A DNA stretch of 61,933 nt, from positions 1-61,933 of the forward strand of contig JAYZEG010000049.1 in the NCBI GenBank assembly GCA_036337435.1. The letters are read 5' to 3'. Origin of the DNA: Myxococcota bacterium. GTDB taxonomy: Bacteria; Myxococcota_A; Bradymonadia; UBA7976; UBA1532. The stretch's first letter is position 1. Every line of letters starts with the position of its first letter. The position numbers were made by a program, and so were the translations under genes. Below are positions 18,684 to 27,191 of this stretch, in pieces. The notes beneath the pieces were generated by a model, which saw only the letters and a list, made by a program, of their open reading frames with translations, did not search any database and was not told the DNA's origin.

Positions 18684-19697
18684 ATGAAGAATCAGTTAAC
18701 TGACAGTCCGGCTCGAGCTAAAAGACGCGGAAGAGCTCCAAAGAAAAACGGCCGTCCGTTGCATGTAAAAACCTTGCTCACCCGATATTGTCATGAACTC
18801 AATCGACTTGCCGGCCACAGCCGTCTCTGCCAGACACTCGCTGCGGAGGGCAGGCGCGCGGATGTGGACACCATCGATTGCTTCGAGTCCGTTCTCAATT
18901 CGAGCTTGGACGCGGGCTACCGCGGGTCTCATTTGCTCGGTTTTGTCTATGAAGTGCTTTTTGACCGATTCGCTGCCCGTATTCGTAGACGCTTGGCGAC
19001 CGGTCGAGGGAGTGTAAACACAGCTGACGTAGAAGACTTACTCGGCGTGACTGTGGAAGCTGTACACAACCTCATCAGCAATTCAAACCGAACCCGTCAC
19101 ACCGTGACCTATGCCTTACTTCTCGCGATTGCAGACCACCGCACGATAGACTACCTGCGTCGCAAAAGGCCCGAATTGACCGATCAGATTGAAAGCTACA
19201 ATGCGACCAACGTTTGGAACCCAGGCCAAACACAGCGAATGCGACCCGACGTTCAATTGGAAAATCGGCACAGATTGGGGGTTGCGCGAGAATTGAGAAC
19301 AGCCGTGTTAAACGCTGTTAACGACCTATCTGACCGCCAGCGTCACGCCCTGATTCTTGTCGAGGTGGAGGGATTGGGGTACGGCGAAATTGCTGCTCGG
19401 CTGGACATTAAACGGACGGATGTCGGCAATCTTGTTCGGCGTGCGCGTCTTCAACGTGACCGGAACCTGATGCCTTATCTGCGAAAGATCGAGAGCCTGG
19501 ATGGACACGTTGGTTTCAAGCGGATACAAGACAACCGAGCCCTGCGGGTCAATCTATTGCGGTGGACGACGGAAATGGGCGATGGCGTTTGCGGTTCTTG
19601 CCTCGAGCGGAGTCACAAACTGCACACAGCGAGCGAGCCTTGTTTTCCGGTGGAAACTCAGGCCCAACGCCCAGCGCAAACTGTCTTAGTCGTCTAA
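18684..19697 (+). CDS. ECF-type RNA polymerase sigma factor with N- and C-terminal extensions
   Basis: Sigma2 DVEDLL...IADHRTIDYLRRKR; sigma4 LSDRQRHALILVEVEGLGYGEIAARL...RRAR; GGAGG SD before ATG 18684. Confidence 0.85.
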   Translation: MKNQLTDSPARAKRRGRAPKKNGRPLHVKTLLTRYCHELNRLAGHSRLCQTLAAEGRRADVDTIDCFESVLNSSLDAGYRGSHLLGFVYEVLFDRFAARIRRRLATGRGSVNTADVEDLLGVTVEAVHNLISNSNRTRHTVTYALLLAIADHRTIDYLRRKRPELTDQIESYNATNVWNPGQTQRMRPDVQLENRHRLGVARELRTAVLNAVNDLSDRQRHALILVEVEGLGYGEIAARLDIKRTDVGNLVRRARLQRDRNLMPYLRKIESLDGHVGFKRIQDNRALRVNLLRWTTEMGDGVCGSCLERSHKLHTASEPCFPVETQAQRPAQTVLVV

Positions 19698-20318
19698 ATA
19701 TCGACGTGCTGCGACGACCAGCTGGCCTGCCAGATAGAGACTTCGGGCCGAATCACCCGGATCCTTCTTTTTTATGAATGAATTGACGATTCGTTGTTGG
19801 TGACGCCGTTTTGAACGATAGGTCAGGTTGATTTTGATCGTGCGCTTTTTGGAACGGGTTAGGGCGTCTGCTTGCAAAGTCCCATCGCGCTCAATATGTT
19901 TGACAACCGCGATGCGTGGTGTGCCTGTTTGTCCAAAAAAAACGATATCTCCGACCTGCAAGTTGCGCCTAACCGGCCTTCCTGTCGCCTTGAGTTGCGC
20001 GACGCTATAGACTCGACCTAATCGGTGTCGTACGGCTGTGCCGTGGTAGGCCGCCCGGATAAACTTCAATTCATGCTCAAGCGTTCTGTATTTGCTGGGA
20101 TTCAGTTGTTTTAAGTTAAGCTTTATCCGAAGCTGGCTTTGCTTGGTATTCGAGCTCACAGAACGGGGAAAGTGAACGGTTGGTCCGTCGGTCTTGGGCA
20201 GCCATGTCTGAGTGTCCAGGAGTGGATGCAAGGGTGGCCTTGATAGGACCTGTTCGCCGAGATTGACCCCACACCCGCTCAGCAGAGCGAAAATCAAGGC
20301 TGTTGTTGTACATCTCAT
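19686..20318 (-). CDS. Lipoprotein with degenerate NlpC/P60-like domain
   Basis: Lipobox LLSGC; FIRAAY and QVGDIVFF segments resemble NlpC/P60, but catalytic Cys/His are not seen. Confidence 0.55.
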   Translation of the reverse strand: MRCTTTALIFALLSGCGVNLGEQVLSRPPLHPLLDTQTWLPKTDGPTVHFPRSVSSNTKQSQLRIKLNLKQLNPSKYRTLEHELKFIRAAYHGTAVRHRLGRVYSVAQLKATGRPVRRNLQVGDIVFFGQTGTPRIAVVKHIERDGTLQADALTRSKKRTIKINLTYRSKRRHQQRIVNSFIKKKDPGDSARSLYLAGQLVVAARRYLDD

Positions 20319-20457
20319 GTGTAGTATAATTACCGACAATTAACTACATGACAAGAATCTGCCTGCTTTGACCGTTGGCAAGGGGGCGGCCAACGGTCTG
20401 TTTCGCCTGTTTAATGGAAAGATTTACCAAATAAGCACATGAGATAACCGGTCGATC

Positions 20458-20486
20458 TTGACGTCAGGAGTTTCGATGGCTAGGTT
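20458..20486 (+). promoter_or_regulatory. Sigma70-type promoter of ribA
   Basis: TTGACG-17bp-TAGGTT. Confidence 0.5.
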
Positions 20487-20530
20487 CCGAATGTAGACAA
20501 GCGCAGAACAGTTTGGTCCGAGGTAACTCA

Positions 20531-21169
20531 TTGAAGAAATCAAAATCAGGCGTTACGCATTATGCGGAGACGCGGCTTCCCACCAGCAATGGTGATTTCA
20601 CCGTCCACGTATTTCGCCACGGTGAGATTGAGCATTTGGCCATCGTCGCCGGTGAGGTTAATGAGTCGGAGGGACTTCCTGTTCGTGTTCACTCTGAATG
20701 TCTCACAGGGGAGGTGCTCGGTTCTTTGAAATGCGATTGCAAAGCGCAGCTTGACGGTGCTTTGGAACGGATTAAGGAGTACGGTCAGGGGGTCGTTGTT
20801 TATTTGAGGCAAGAAGGCCGAGGCATTGGACTCGGGAATAAAATTAGAGCCTACAGACTCCAAGAGGACGGCGTAGATACAGTCGATGCCAATCGACTTC
20901 TGGGATTTGAGGATGACCTGCGAGATTATACGGTCGCCGCAGATATCTTGAGCCATCTGGGCGTTGCTTCTGTTGCGTTAATGACAAACAATCCACTCAA
21001 AATTCAGGGACTGGAAGACGCTGGGGTTGTCATCACGGGTCGAGAACCGCACATCGCAGGCGTCAATGATGTCAATCTCGGCTACTTAGAGACCAAACGA
21101 GACCGCATGGGTCATATGATCGATGGGCGGCCTGGCCATCCTGCCGTAGACAAAGCCGTCGGTTCCTAG
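20531..21169 (+). CDS. ribA: GTP cyclohydrolase II
   Basis: VRVHSECLTGEVLGSLKCDC, QEGRGIGL, TNNP, YLETKRDRMGH; GAGGT SD before TTG 20531. Confidence 0.96.
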   Translation: MKKSKSGVTHYAETRLPTSNGDFTVHVFRHGEIEHLAIVAGEVNESEGLPVRVHSECLTGEVLGSLKCDCKAQLDGALERIKEYGQGVVVYLRQEGRGIGLGNKIRAYRLQEDGVDTVDANRLLGFEDDLRDYTVAADILSHLGVASVALMTNNPLKIQGLEDAGVVITGREPHIAGVNDVNLGYLETKRDRMGHMIDGRPGHPAVDKAVGS

Positions 21170-21182
21170 CCAGGCATAAAAA

Positions 21183-21209
21183 AATCCACTTGGCAGAACC
21201 AAGTGGATT
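21183..21209 (-). terminator. Intrinsic terminator of the tRNA pair (possibly bidirectional with ribA)
   Basis: 11-bp stem AATCCACTTGG-CAGAA-CCAAGTGGATT followed by a U-tract on the minus strand. Confidence 0.8.
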
Positions 21210-21216
21210 GAAAAAG

Positions 21217-21288
21217 TGACCCGTACGGGATTTGAACCCGTGTTACCGGCTTGAGAGGCCGGCGTCCTAACCGCTAGACGAACGGGCC
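21217..21288 (-). tRNA. tRNA-Glu (anticodon CTC), CCA not encoded
   Basis: GGCCCGTTCGTCTAGCGGTTAGGACGCCGGCCTCTCAAGCCGGTAACACGGGTTCAAATCCCGTACGGGTCA folds into a full cloverleaf. Confidence 0.97.
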
Positions 21289-21312
21289 GAATGCCTCAAA
21301 TCGAGGCAAGGG

Positions 21313-21383
21313 CTCGGGAACTAGGATTCGAACCTAGATAGACGGCACCAGAAGCCGTAGTCCTACCATTAGACGATTCCCGA
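21313..21383 (-). tRNA. tRNA-Gln (anticodon CTG), CCA not encoded
   Basis: TCGGGAATCGTCTAATGGTAGGACTACGGCTTCTGGTGCCGTCTATCTAGGTTCGAATCCTAGTTCCCGAG cloverleaf; U1-A72 pair, G73 discriminator. Confidence 0.97.
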
Positions 21384-21672
21384 CCACGTTTCGATGTGAG
21401 GTATCGTACACGACACAACCGAACCAAACGCAGGCTGGTTTTATGGTCCAATCCGTAGATGGAGTCAATCAAAAACGTACGGTTTCAAGACACGACTCGC
21501 GGACCCGACGAGGAAACCGATCCAGAATCCCACTGGGGATCCTTTATCTTCCCATCAATGAGAGTCTATTGAAGGTTTCGCTATCGCTTTAAATTGCTGA
21601 CAATGGCGATGACTCTACGGCAGGAGACGTGCTATAGGTTGCGCCCGAAGTGCCAGGGCAGTGAGATGAGAG

Positions 21673-24534
21673 ATGAACGATAAGGTTTTTGCAGGGGAGA
21701 TGGGCCAAACGCGAACTGAGATGACAACCGTCTGGTGTGGTGGTTGTGGTTCATGGTTTGGTGCCCATGTCTATCGAAGCATAGATGCCGAGGCAGATGA
21801 GGGGCTTTTGCAGGATTTCCGAGCGGCTGGATTTGAGTCCCTCAACAAGATGGCCTGCAGTGAATGTACCTGGACTCACATCGCCCGAGAGCCCATCGCA
21901 ATCCACTATCCGAGTAAGAGAAAGATTTTTCTCCTGATTCCTGAGAATCTGAGGCATCGAGCGCAGCGGATTCGAGCCAATTTCATTGAAGATGTTTCTC
22001 GTTCGCCGGGAAAAGTCGTTCCGCTCTATGTGCTAGAACCGGTTCTGGTTGGAGGCCATGCTGAACTCTGCCGTATTTTAGCGGAGCGGGAAACGGGTCT
22101 CAACGAGGTGGTCGCGGAGACCCGGGTAGAGAGCGTTGAACTTGAAAAATCACCTGCAAACCTGATTGCGGAAGACGTGTCGGACGGGCGTCGGCGCACC
22201 AAATCCCTCGACCTTTTGGCTGAGCTTCTTGAAGACGATGAGCCAATTGGAAACGAACCGGCAGCGGTATCCAATCACTCAAAACCTCTCCCTGGATTGG
22301 ACCTTGAGGCTGAAGACGTACAAACACGCGGTGCCCCTGGTCAAAGTGGGCGAGGGCGGCTGACCCGTGAAACGACGGGGGTTACCCTGAAGGCTCTACT
22401 CGAGGAAGACACTGAGTCCAGTAGGGACGTAGGCACAGATGTGGTTGATACCGCACACGAACTGAGTCGAACCCCGATTGATGAGAGTTTACTGGCTGAT
22501 AAACCAGAGCCGTCGCCCATTGAAGATATACCGACTAAGCAGCTAGAAGAGATTGCTTCACATGCGGCCATTGATGACCAATCTGTGGCTTCGGCTGAGC
22601 CGGCTCAGTTAGATTCGAGCGCGACAGCAATGGCGGTCGATTCAGCGGAAGGCACGCCCGAGGGCCGACACTCTGAAACGCGTGACGATATCGAAGAATT
22701 TCTAGACGACACAAACGACGGAGTTGATGAACAGGAGAAATCGACAACGACTGCCCTCGGTGCCGAAAATAGGACGACGTTAAATACGGACGCAGCTGAG
22801 GTGCCCGAACCATTGGGTGGTACATCCAAAGACGACCTAGATTCGATTCGAGACGTGTTGCCTGAGGCCTCGAAAGAACTTGGCCTGCGTTTGGAGGACG
22901 ACGCGGTGATTTGGAGGCTGGACTCGGTTGACTTCGACGAGCCAGAACAGCTGCGATGTCTATTTCAGAAGCATCAGTTCGAGTCTGGCGTTGGGTTTTG
23001 TTTAACCTTGACTCGGACGCCTGAGCACGAAGATGCAAGCGAATCGAAGGCTGTTGCCCTGACCGTCTTTGATCCGGCCAATCCAGCTCATGACGACGCT
23101 TTGCACCGCCTCTCAAATGACTTCAGGTTGCGGATTGAATTTACCTCGGAAGGTGACGTCGTGAGTAGCCTATCGGTCCATGAGGCACTCGCAAGTAACG
23201 TGAAGCAAGCGATCGACGATAGCTCAGCTGAGAGAACGAAGGCTGCATTGGATGCGTTGAATACACCCACTTTTGAGCCACTTGCTGGAATTCGACACAG
23301 TTTCTCCGAGGGACAGTTTGGCGAGTTACTGACGGCTGCCGAAACACACATCGCGCTGAGCATCGTTTCCTATTGGAGTCAGCCCGAGTTGACGGAGCAT
23401 CTCTTATATCGACTTGGCTTCCCGAAAGATTGGTGGGTTGAATTACAACGCCGCTGCTGCGAAGCGGCGATTCATTTCGGTTTGTACACGGGTGCCTCGC
23501 TTCGAGGCCTGATGCAAAAAGTGGGAAACCACAATACGGAGGAACAGCTTCTCAAACAGCTGCTCGGTCATTACGTTGAAGTGAACCTGAATTTGCGACC
23601 GAATGAATTGGATCCCGTCACTTTGTGGGAAAATTGGGATCAATTACTGGTTTGGGCTGATTCGTTAGGAATCGCTGTGGATGCCCAAGTGGAGGAAGTG
23701 GCGGCTCAGGCATTAAATCTCGCCGAAAATTTTGCCGAAGACGCAGCGGAGCCATCTGACGAGTCCTATGAAGCGATCGAGGTTAGTCTTGCTGATGCCA
23801 TCGATATCAAATCACTGGGTGCATTTAACCTGCAACTGGACAGTTTTTTCCCCGTGGATAGTCCGTCAAAGATCATCGAGCCGGCGATGGGTGAGTTGAG
23901 CGATTCTGAACTGTTGCAGGCTTTGAAAGATCCAGAGAGACGAACGGGTGCATGTGTGCAGTTGATTGCGAGAGAGCCAAGCGCACATTCGGCAGCTATA
24001 TTTGATGCTATTTTGCTTATGAACCCGATGGAACTGGTGGTCGTTGTGCCATCGATTCTTCCGGTCGCCGACGTTTTTGTTCCGTTGTTTCGCCGAGCAC
24101 TTTCCGCGGACGAAGGCCCACCCAGAATGGCCGCTGCCATGCTGCTGGCGGAAGTAGGCGATGAGCGGGCCTTTAACCCCTTGCTCGGCATGATGCTGGA
24201 GGCCGATGAAGAGCATTGGGAGTTTTTAGCTGCGAGCGTTGCGCGGTTGGGTGCGAGTGTCGTGCAACCAGCACTGAGTCGGGCACGGGTCGACCAAGCA
24301 GGTTTAGCTCGGATCGCCGTCTTACTCGGTTATGCTGCATCCGAGGCACCCGGGTGTTTGGATGGCCTTGATCGACATAGTGATGATCCCGCTGTCATCG
24401 CGTGTATCGGACAGGCCCGCGCTGTTGCGAATAAGTTGGGTCGGCCTGAAACGCCGCCGTTCGCCCATCGCCTTGCCGCTCTTTTCGAGGCGGTTCAGCA
24501 CGGTTCGGTTAGCCTAAACGCATCTGACTTATAA
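21673..24534 (+). CDS. CpXC zinc-ribbon domain protein with long acidic linker and C-terminal HEAT-like repeats
   Basis: CGGC...VYRSID...CSEC...PIAIHYP N-terminus; D/E-rich middle; RMAAAMLLAEVGDERAFNPLL HEAT-like helices. Confidence 0.7.
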   Translation: MNDKVFAGEMGQTRTEMTTVWCGGCGSWFGAHVYRSIDAEADEGLLQDFRAAGFESLNKMACSECTWTHIAREPIAIHYPSKRKIFLLIPENLRHRAQRIRANFIEDVSRSPGKVVPLYVLEPVLVGGHAELCRILAERETGLNEVVAETRVESVELEKSPANLIAEDVSDGRRRTKSLDLLAELLEDDEPIGNEPAAVSNHSKPLPGLDLEAEDVQTRGAPGQSGRGRLTRETTGVTLKALLEEDTESSRDVGTDVVDTAHELSRTPIDESLLADKPEPSPIEDIPTKQLEEIASHAAIDDQSVASAEPAQLDSSATAMAVDSAEGTPEGRHSETRDDIEEFLDDTNDGVDEQEKSTTTALGAENRTTLNTDAAEVPEPLGGTSKDDLDSIRDVLPEASKELGLRLEDDAVIWRLDSVDFDEPEQLRCLFQKHQFESGVGFCLTLTRTPEHEDASESKAVALTVFDPANPAHDDALHRLSNDFRLRIEFTSEGDVVSSLSVHEALASNVKQAIDDSSAERTKAALDALNTPTFEPLAGIRHSFSEGQFGELLTAAETHIALSIVSYWSQPELTEHLLYRLGFPKDWWVELQRRCCEAAIHFGLYTGASLRGLMQKVGNHNTEEQLLKQLLGHYVEVNLNLRPNELDPVTLWENWDQLLVWADSLGIAVDAQVEEVAAQALNLAENFAEDAAEPSDESYEAIEVSLADAIDIKSLGAFNLQLDSFFPVDSPSKIIEPAMGELSDSELLQALKDPERRTGACVQLIAREPSAHSAAIFDAILLMNPMELVVVVPSILPVADVFVPLFRRALSADEGPPRMAAAMLLAEVGDERAFNPLLGMMLEADEEHWEFLAASVARLGASVVQPALSRARVDQAGLARIAVLLGYAASEAPGCLDGLDRHSDDPAVIACIGQARAVANKLGRPETPPFAHRLAALFEAVQHGSVSLNASDL

Positions 24535-24697
24535 AGACGCCCGCGGTGGACGATGTCTCCATAATGTTTGGCGACATATCAACATGTTGCCTGCCACGAA
24601 CAATCACCTTTTGATTGTCAGCTAAATTTCTGCCACAGTACCTTTGGGAGGTGGGACTTACGATTGTAAGGATACACTTTTTGGGGGCATACGAGCT

Positions 24698-25429
24698 GTG
24701 AAGCTGGGGATTATCACCGATGTTCACGCCAACCTAGAGGCGCTAGAGACGGTTCTGCGCGTGCTGGAAGAGCGGCGCGTAGATTATATTGCATGCTTGG
24801 GCGACGTAGTTGGTTACGGCGGACAGCCCGAAGAATGTTGCACTTTGATTCGAAAATATGCTGACGTGACGGTTGTTGGTAATCACGATGCCGCTGTCGC
24901 GAGGCGGATGGATTACGCGTACTATCGACAAGCCGCGCGCGACGCACTTGACAGGCACCGGGAGATGATTTCCGAGTCCAATTATGAGTGGCTTGCAAGC
25001 CTGCCGTACTCTGCCCGATTTGGCGATGTCGAGTTTTGTCACGGCGTGCCACCTGATTTCAAATCGTTCGAATACTTATTTTCTTTGGATCAGACGGCGC
25101 AGCTGTCGGAGACGTTTAACGAGCGGGCGCACGTGACATTCGTGGGCCACTCACACCTCTGCAAATGCTTTCGTTATACACCGGACATCGGTGAGGAGAT
25201 TTTGCGAACGCGATTTGAAATAGGCGGAAATCACAAATATATCATTTCGGCAGGCAGCGTAGGGCAGCCGCGTGATTATGATTCGCGGTCTTGCTGCGGC
25301 GTCTACGACACGAAGACCGGCCAATTTGAATACGTCCGGTTGCATTACGACATTCAGAGTGCAGCTCAACGGATCGCGGAAGCGAACCTATCGGAGGCGT
25401 TCGGGCGCCGATTGTTTTTGGGTGTTTAG
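24698..25429 (+). CDS. Calcineurin-like metallophosphoesterase
   Basis: TDVHAN, LGDVVGYG, GNHD, HG, GHSH, GSVGQPRD. Confidence 0.92.
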   Translation: MKLGIITDVHANLEALETVLRVLEERRVDYIACLGDVVGYGGQPEECCTLIRKYADVTVVGNHDAAVARRMDYAYYRQAARDALDRHREMISESNYEWLASLPYSARFGDVEFCHGVPPDFKSFEYLFSLDQTAQLSETFNERAHVTFVGHSHLCKCFRYTPDIGEEILRTRFEIGGNHKYIISAGSVGQPRDYDSRSCCGVYDTKTGQFEYVRLHYDIQSAAQRIAEANLSEAFGRRLFLGV

Positions 25430-27021
25430 ACCGTCTCGGTAATCAGGCCGATGTAACCCCTTCGATGAATGACCTCGAGGTCACGGCCATAAAGCAAAAA
25501 CAAGGCCCCTTGATTGTCAATGCACCAGGCGTCCGGTTCTCCGACTTCAAGTTTGAGGCGACACAGAATATGGCCGGAAACGATACTGCGGATTTCCAAC
25601 TCATGGCCAATTGTGAAACAGAGCCCACCGGCCACCAGTGGTGGGCAAACACCGCGATGACCACTGGTTTGCCATTGGGGTACACAAGTCCCTGATTCGA
25701 TATTCCAGAGCCAATGAGTCTCTTTCTCGACGATTAAAAGCGTTTTACCCAAATACGTCACGGAACTGGCCTGAGCTATGCCGGAAATTCGGGTGAGCTT
25801 TGGTTCAGCGAGGGGCTCACCCGGTTGACTCAGGATTGAAATGCCGTCCGCGGTTTCAAAGAGGAAAAAAAGTGCCCCATTATCGTCTTTGGTAAAATCA
25901 ACGTACCGCCCTCGGATATGGTGGGCGAGAGAGAGGGCTCCACTCGCTCGACAAAACTTCAGAATCTGGGTTTCCTGCGCAGCCACTTTGAGGCAGAGGT
26001 AGACGGTCGCCCCATGGTTGGGTACGAGTGCGACAATGGTCCCCTGGCATCTGGATATCGATCGTAATTGCAGTGTGGGTGAGAATTGAAGAAACAACCC
26101 TGAGTCGAGTATTTGCCAGAGATGTCGTTCGACAGTTTGATGAACGAGGGGCCTCCCCAATTGGTCATAATTAAGCACGTATCGATGTTGAGATTGCTCA
26201 AGATTGGACATTTCGCCGACACCGTCCTGATTTGTGACAACAAGGTTTGGCGGGCTGTAGCCACAGAGCTGGGGGGGACCGGTTTCGACTGCTGTTTTTA
26301 GACGCAGAGCCTCACGGTCATGATACGTAAGGTAGCCATCCTTCCAGACACTCATAGCCCCCGACTCGATGCTCTCTATTAAGGCACCAGGGACTTTTAT
26401 CTGGTCTGATCGACCTCCAAAACATAAGCCATGAACATAACCATTGATCTCTGCGAAAAGCGTGTCCCCAATCAGGCGCATCTTCTCCGTAGATTTAGGA
26501 ACGGTCCGTTCATAATGCACTGCATGCATCTTCGACAGGTCTGTGTGGTGGTTATGCCCACTCGTGGGCTGCGGTGAGTCTGGGCGAACAATTAAGTGCT
26601 CTATTTCGTGATGAATACCGCCCGATTGAGTCAGTTTGATTGGGCACGCTTGGTCAAGGATGTTGACCGTTGACGGCGCATGTTGCCAATCCACTGAATC
26701 ATCTGGTGCTTTCAAAAAAACATGCAAAAACTCGTAGAGGTTGGTCCAGCTGACTGGCGACTCAGGGCAATGTGGATTCCTGACAGCGTCAAGAAAAACG
26801 GCCGTTAGCCCCCGGTCGCGGATGGTGACAGAGAGCACCATTTTATCTGGCCGCGGTACGGTGAAGACGGCGGTATAGCCCAAGGTCATATGGTTGCGCA
26901 GCAGGCAAAAAAATTGAGTCGCCAGCACTGATGCTTCTCTTGGAGATGGAGAGCCTACGTCTATCGACCAATCCCGTAGCTCGAAGGTAAAACCAGTTCT
27001 ATTCGGTTTGACAAGAAGCAT
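25426..27021 (-). CDS. Hypothetical protein, probable C-terminal beta-propeller
   Basis: Long ORF filling the gap; beta-rich repeats such as WNIESG and RSIVSGHILCRL; start uncertain (27021 or 27096). Confidence 0.55.
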   Translation of the reverse strand: MLLVKPNRTGFTFELRDWSIDVGSPSPREASVLATQFFCLLRNHMTLGYTAVFTVPRPDKMVLSVTIRDRGLTAVFLDAVRNPHCPESPVSWTNLYEFLHVFLKAPDDSVDWQHAPSTVNILDQACPIKLTQSGGIHHEIEHLIVRPDSPQPTSGHNHHTDLSKMHAVHYERTVPKSTEKMRLIGDTLFAEINGYVHGLCFGGRSDQIKVPGALIESIESGAMSVWKDGYLTYHDREALRLKTAVETGPPQLCGYSPPNLVVTNQDGVGEMSNLEQSQHRYVLNYDQLGRPLVHQTVERHLWQILDSGLFLQFSPTLQLRSISRCQGTIVALVPNHGATVYLCLKVAAQETQILKFCRASGALSLAHHIRGRYVDFTKDDNGALFFLFETADGISILSQPGEPLAEPKLTRISGIAQASSVTYLGKTLLIVEKETHWLWNIESGTCVPQWQTSGHRGVCPPLVAGGLCFTIGHELEIRSIVSGHILCRLKLEVGEPDAWCIDNQGALFLLYGRDLEVIHRRGYIGLITETV

Positions 27022-27191
27022 CTTACTCGCTTTTTCTCCAGCATTGCGGTCGGTATAATTCCCACCCTTTTCGGCTGTTTGCGCCGCGCTAAACAAATTC
27101 GCATGAATGGGGTTTCACAAACAAGCAAGGGTCTATACCCTGATGTCGTTTTCGTGTAGGCCCACTAGGTCGGGAAGTCAGGGGAATTCGA

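Noticed and set aside
20340..20530. FMN riboswitch upstream of ribA
   Set aside because: No RFN conserved blocks were seen, and the predicted promoter leaves only a short leader
21217..21383. tRNA pair as an integration site for an island or prophage
   Set aside because: No integrase and no duplicated tRNA 3' end were seen, and the flanking genes look like core genes
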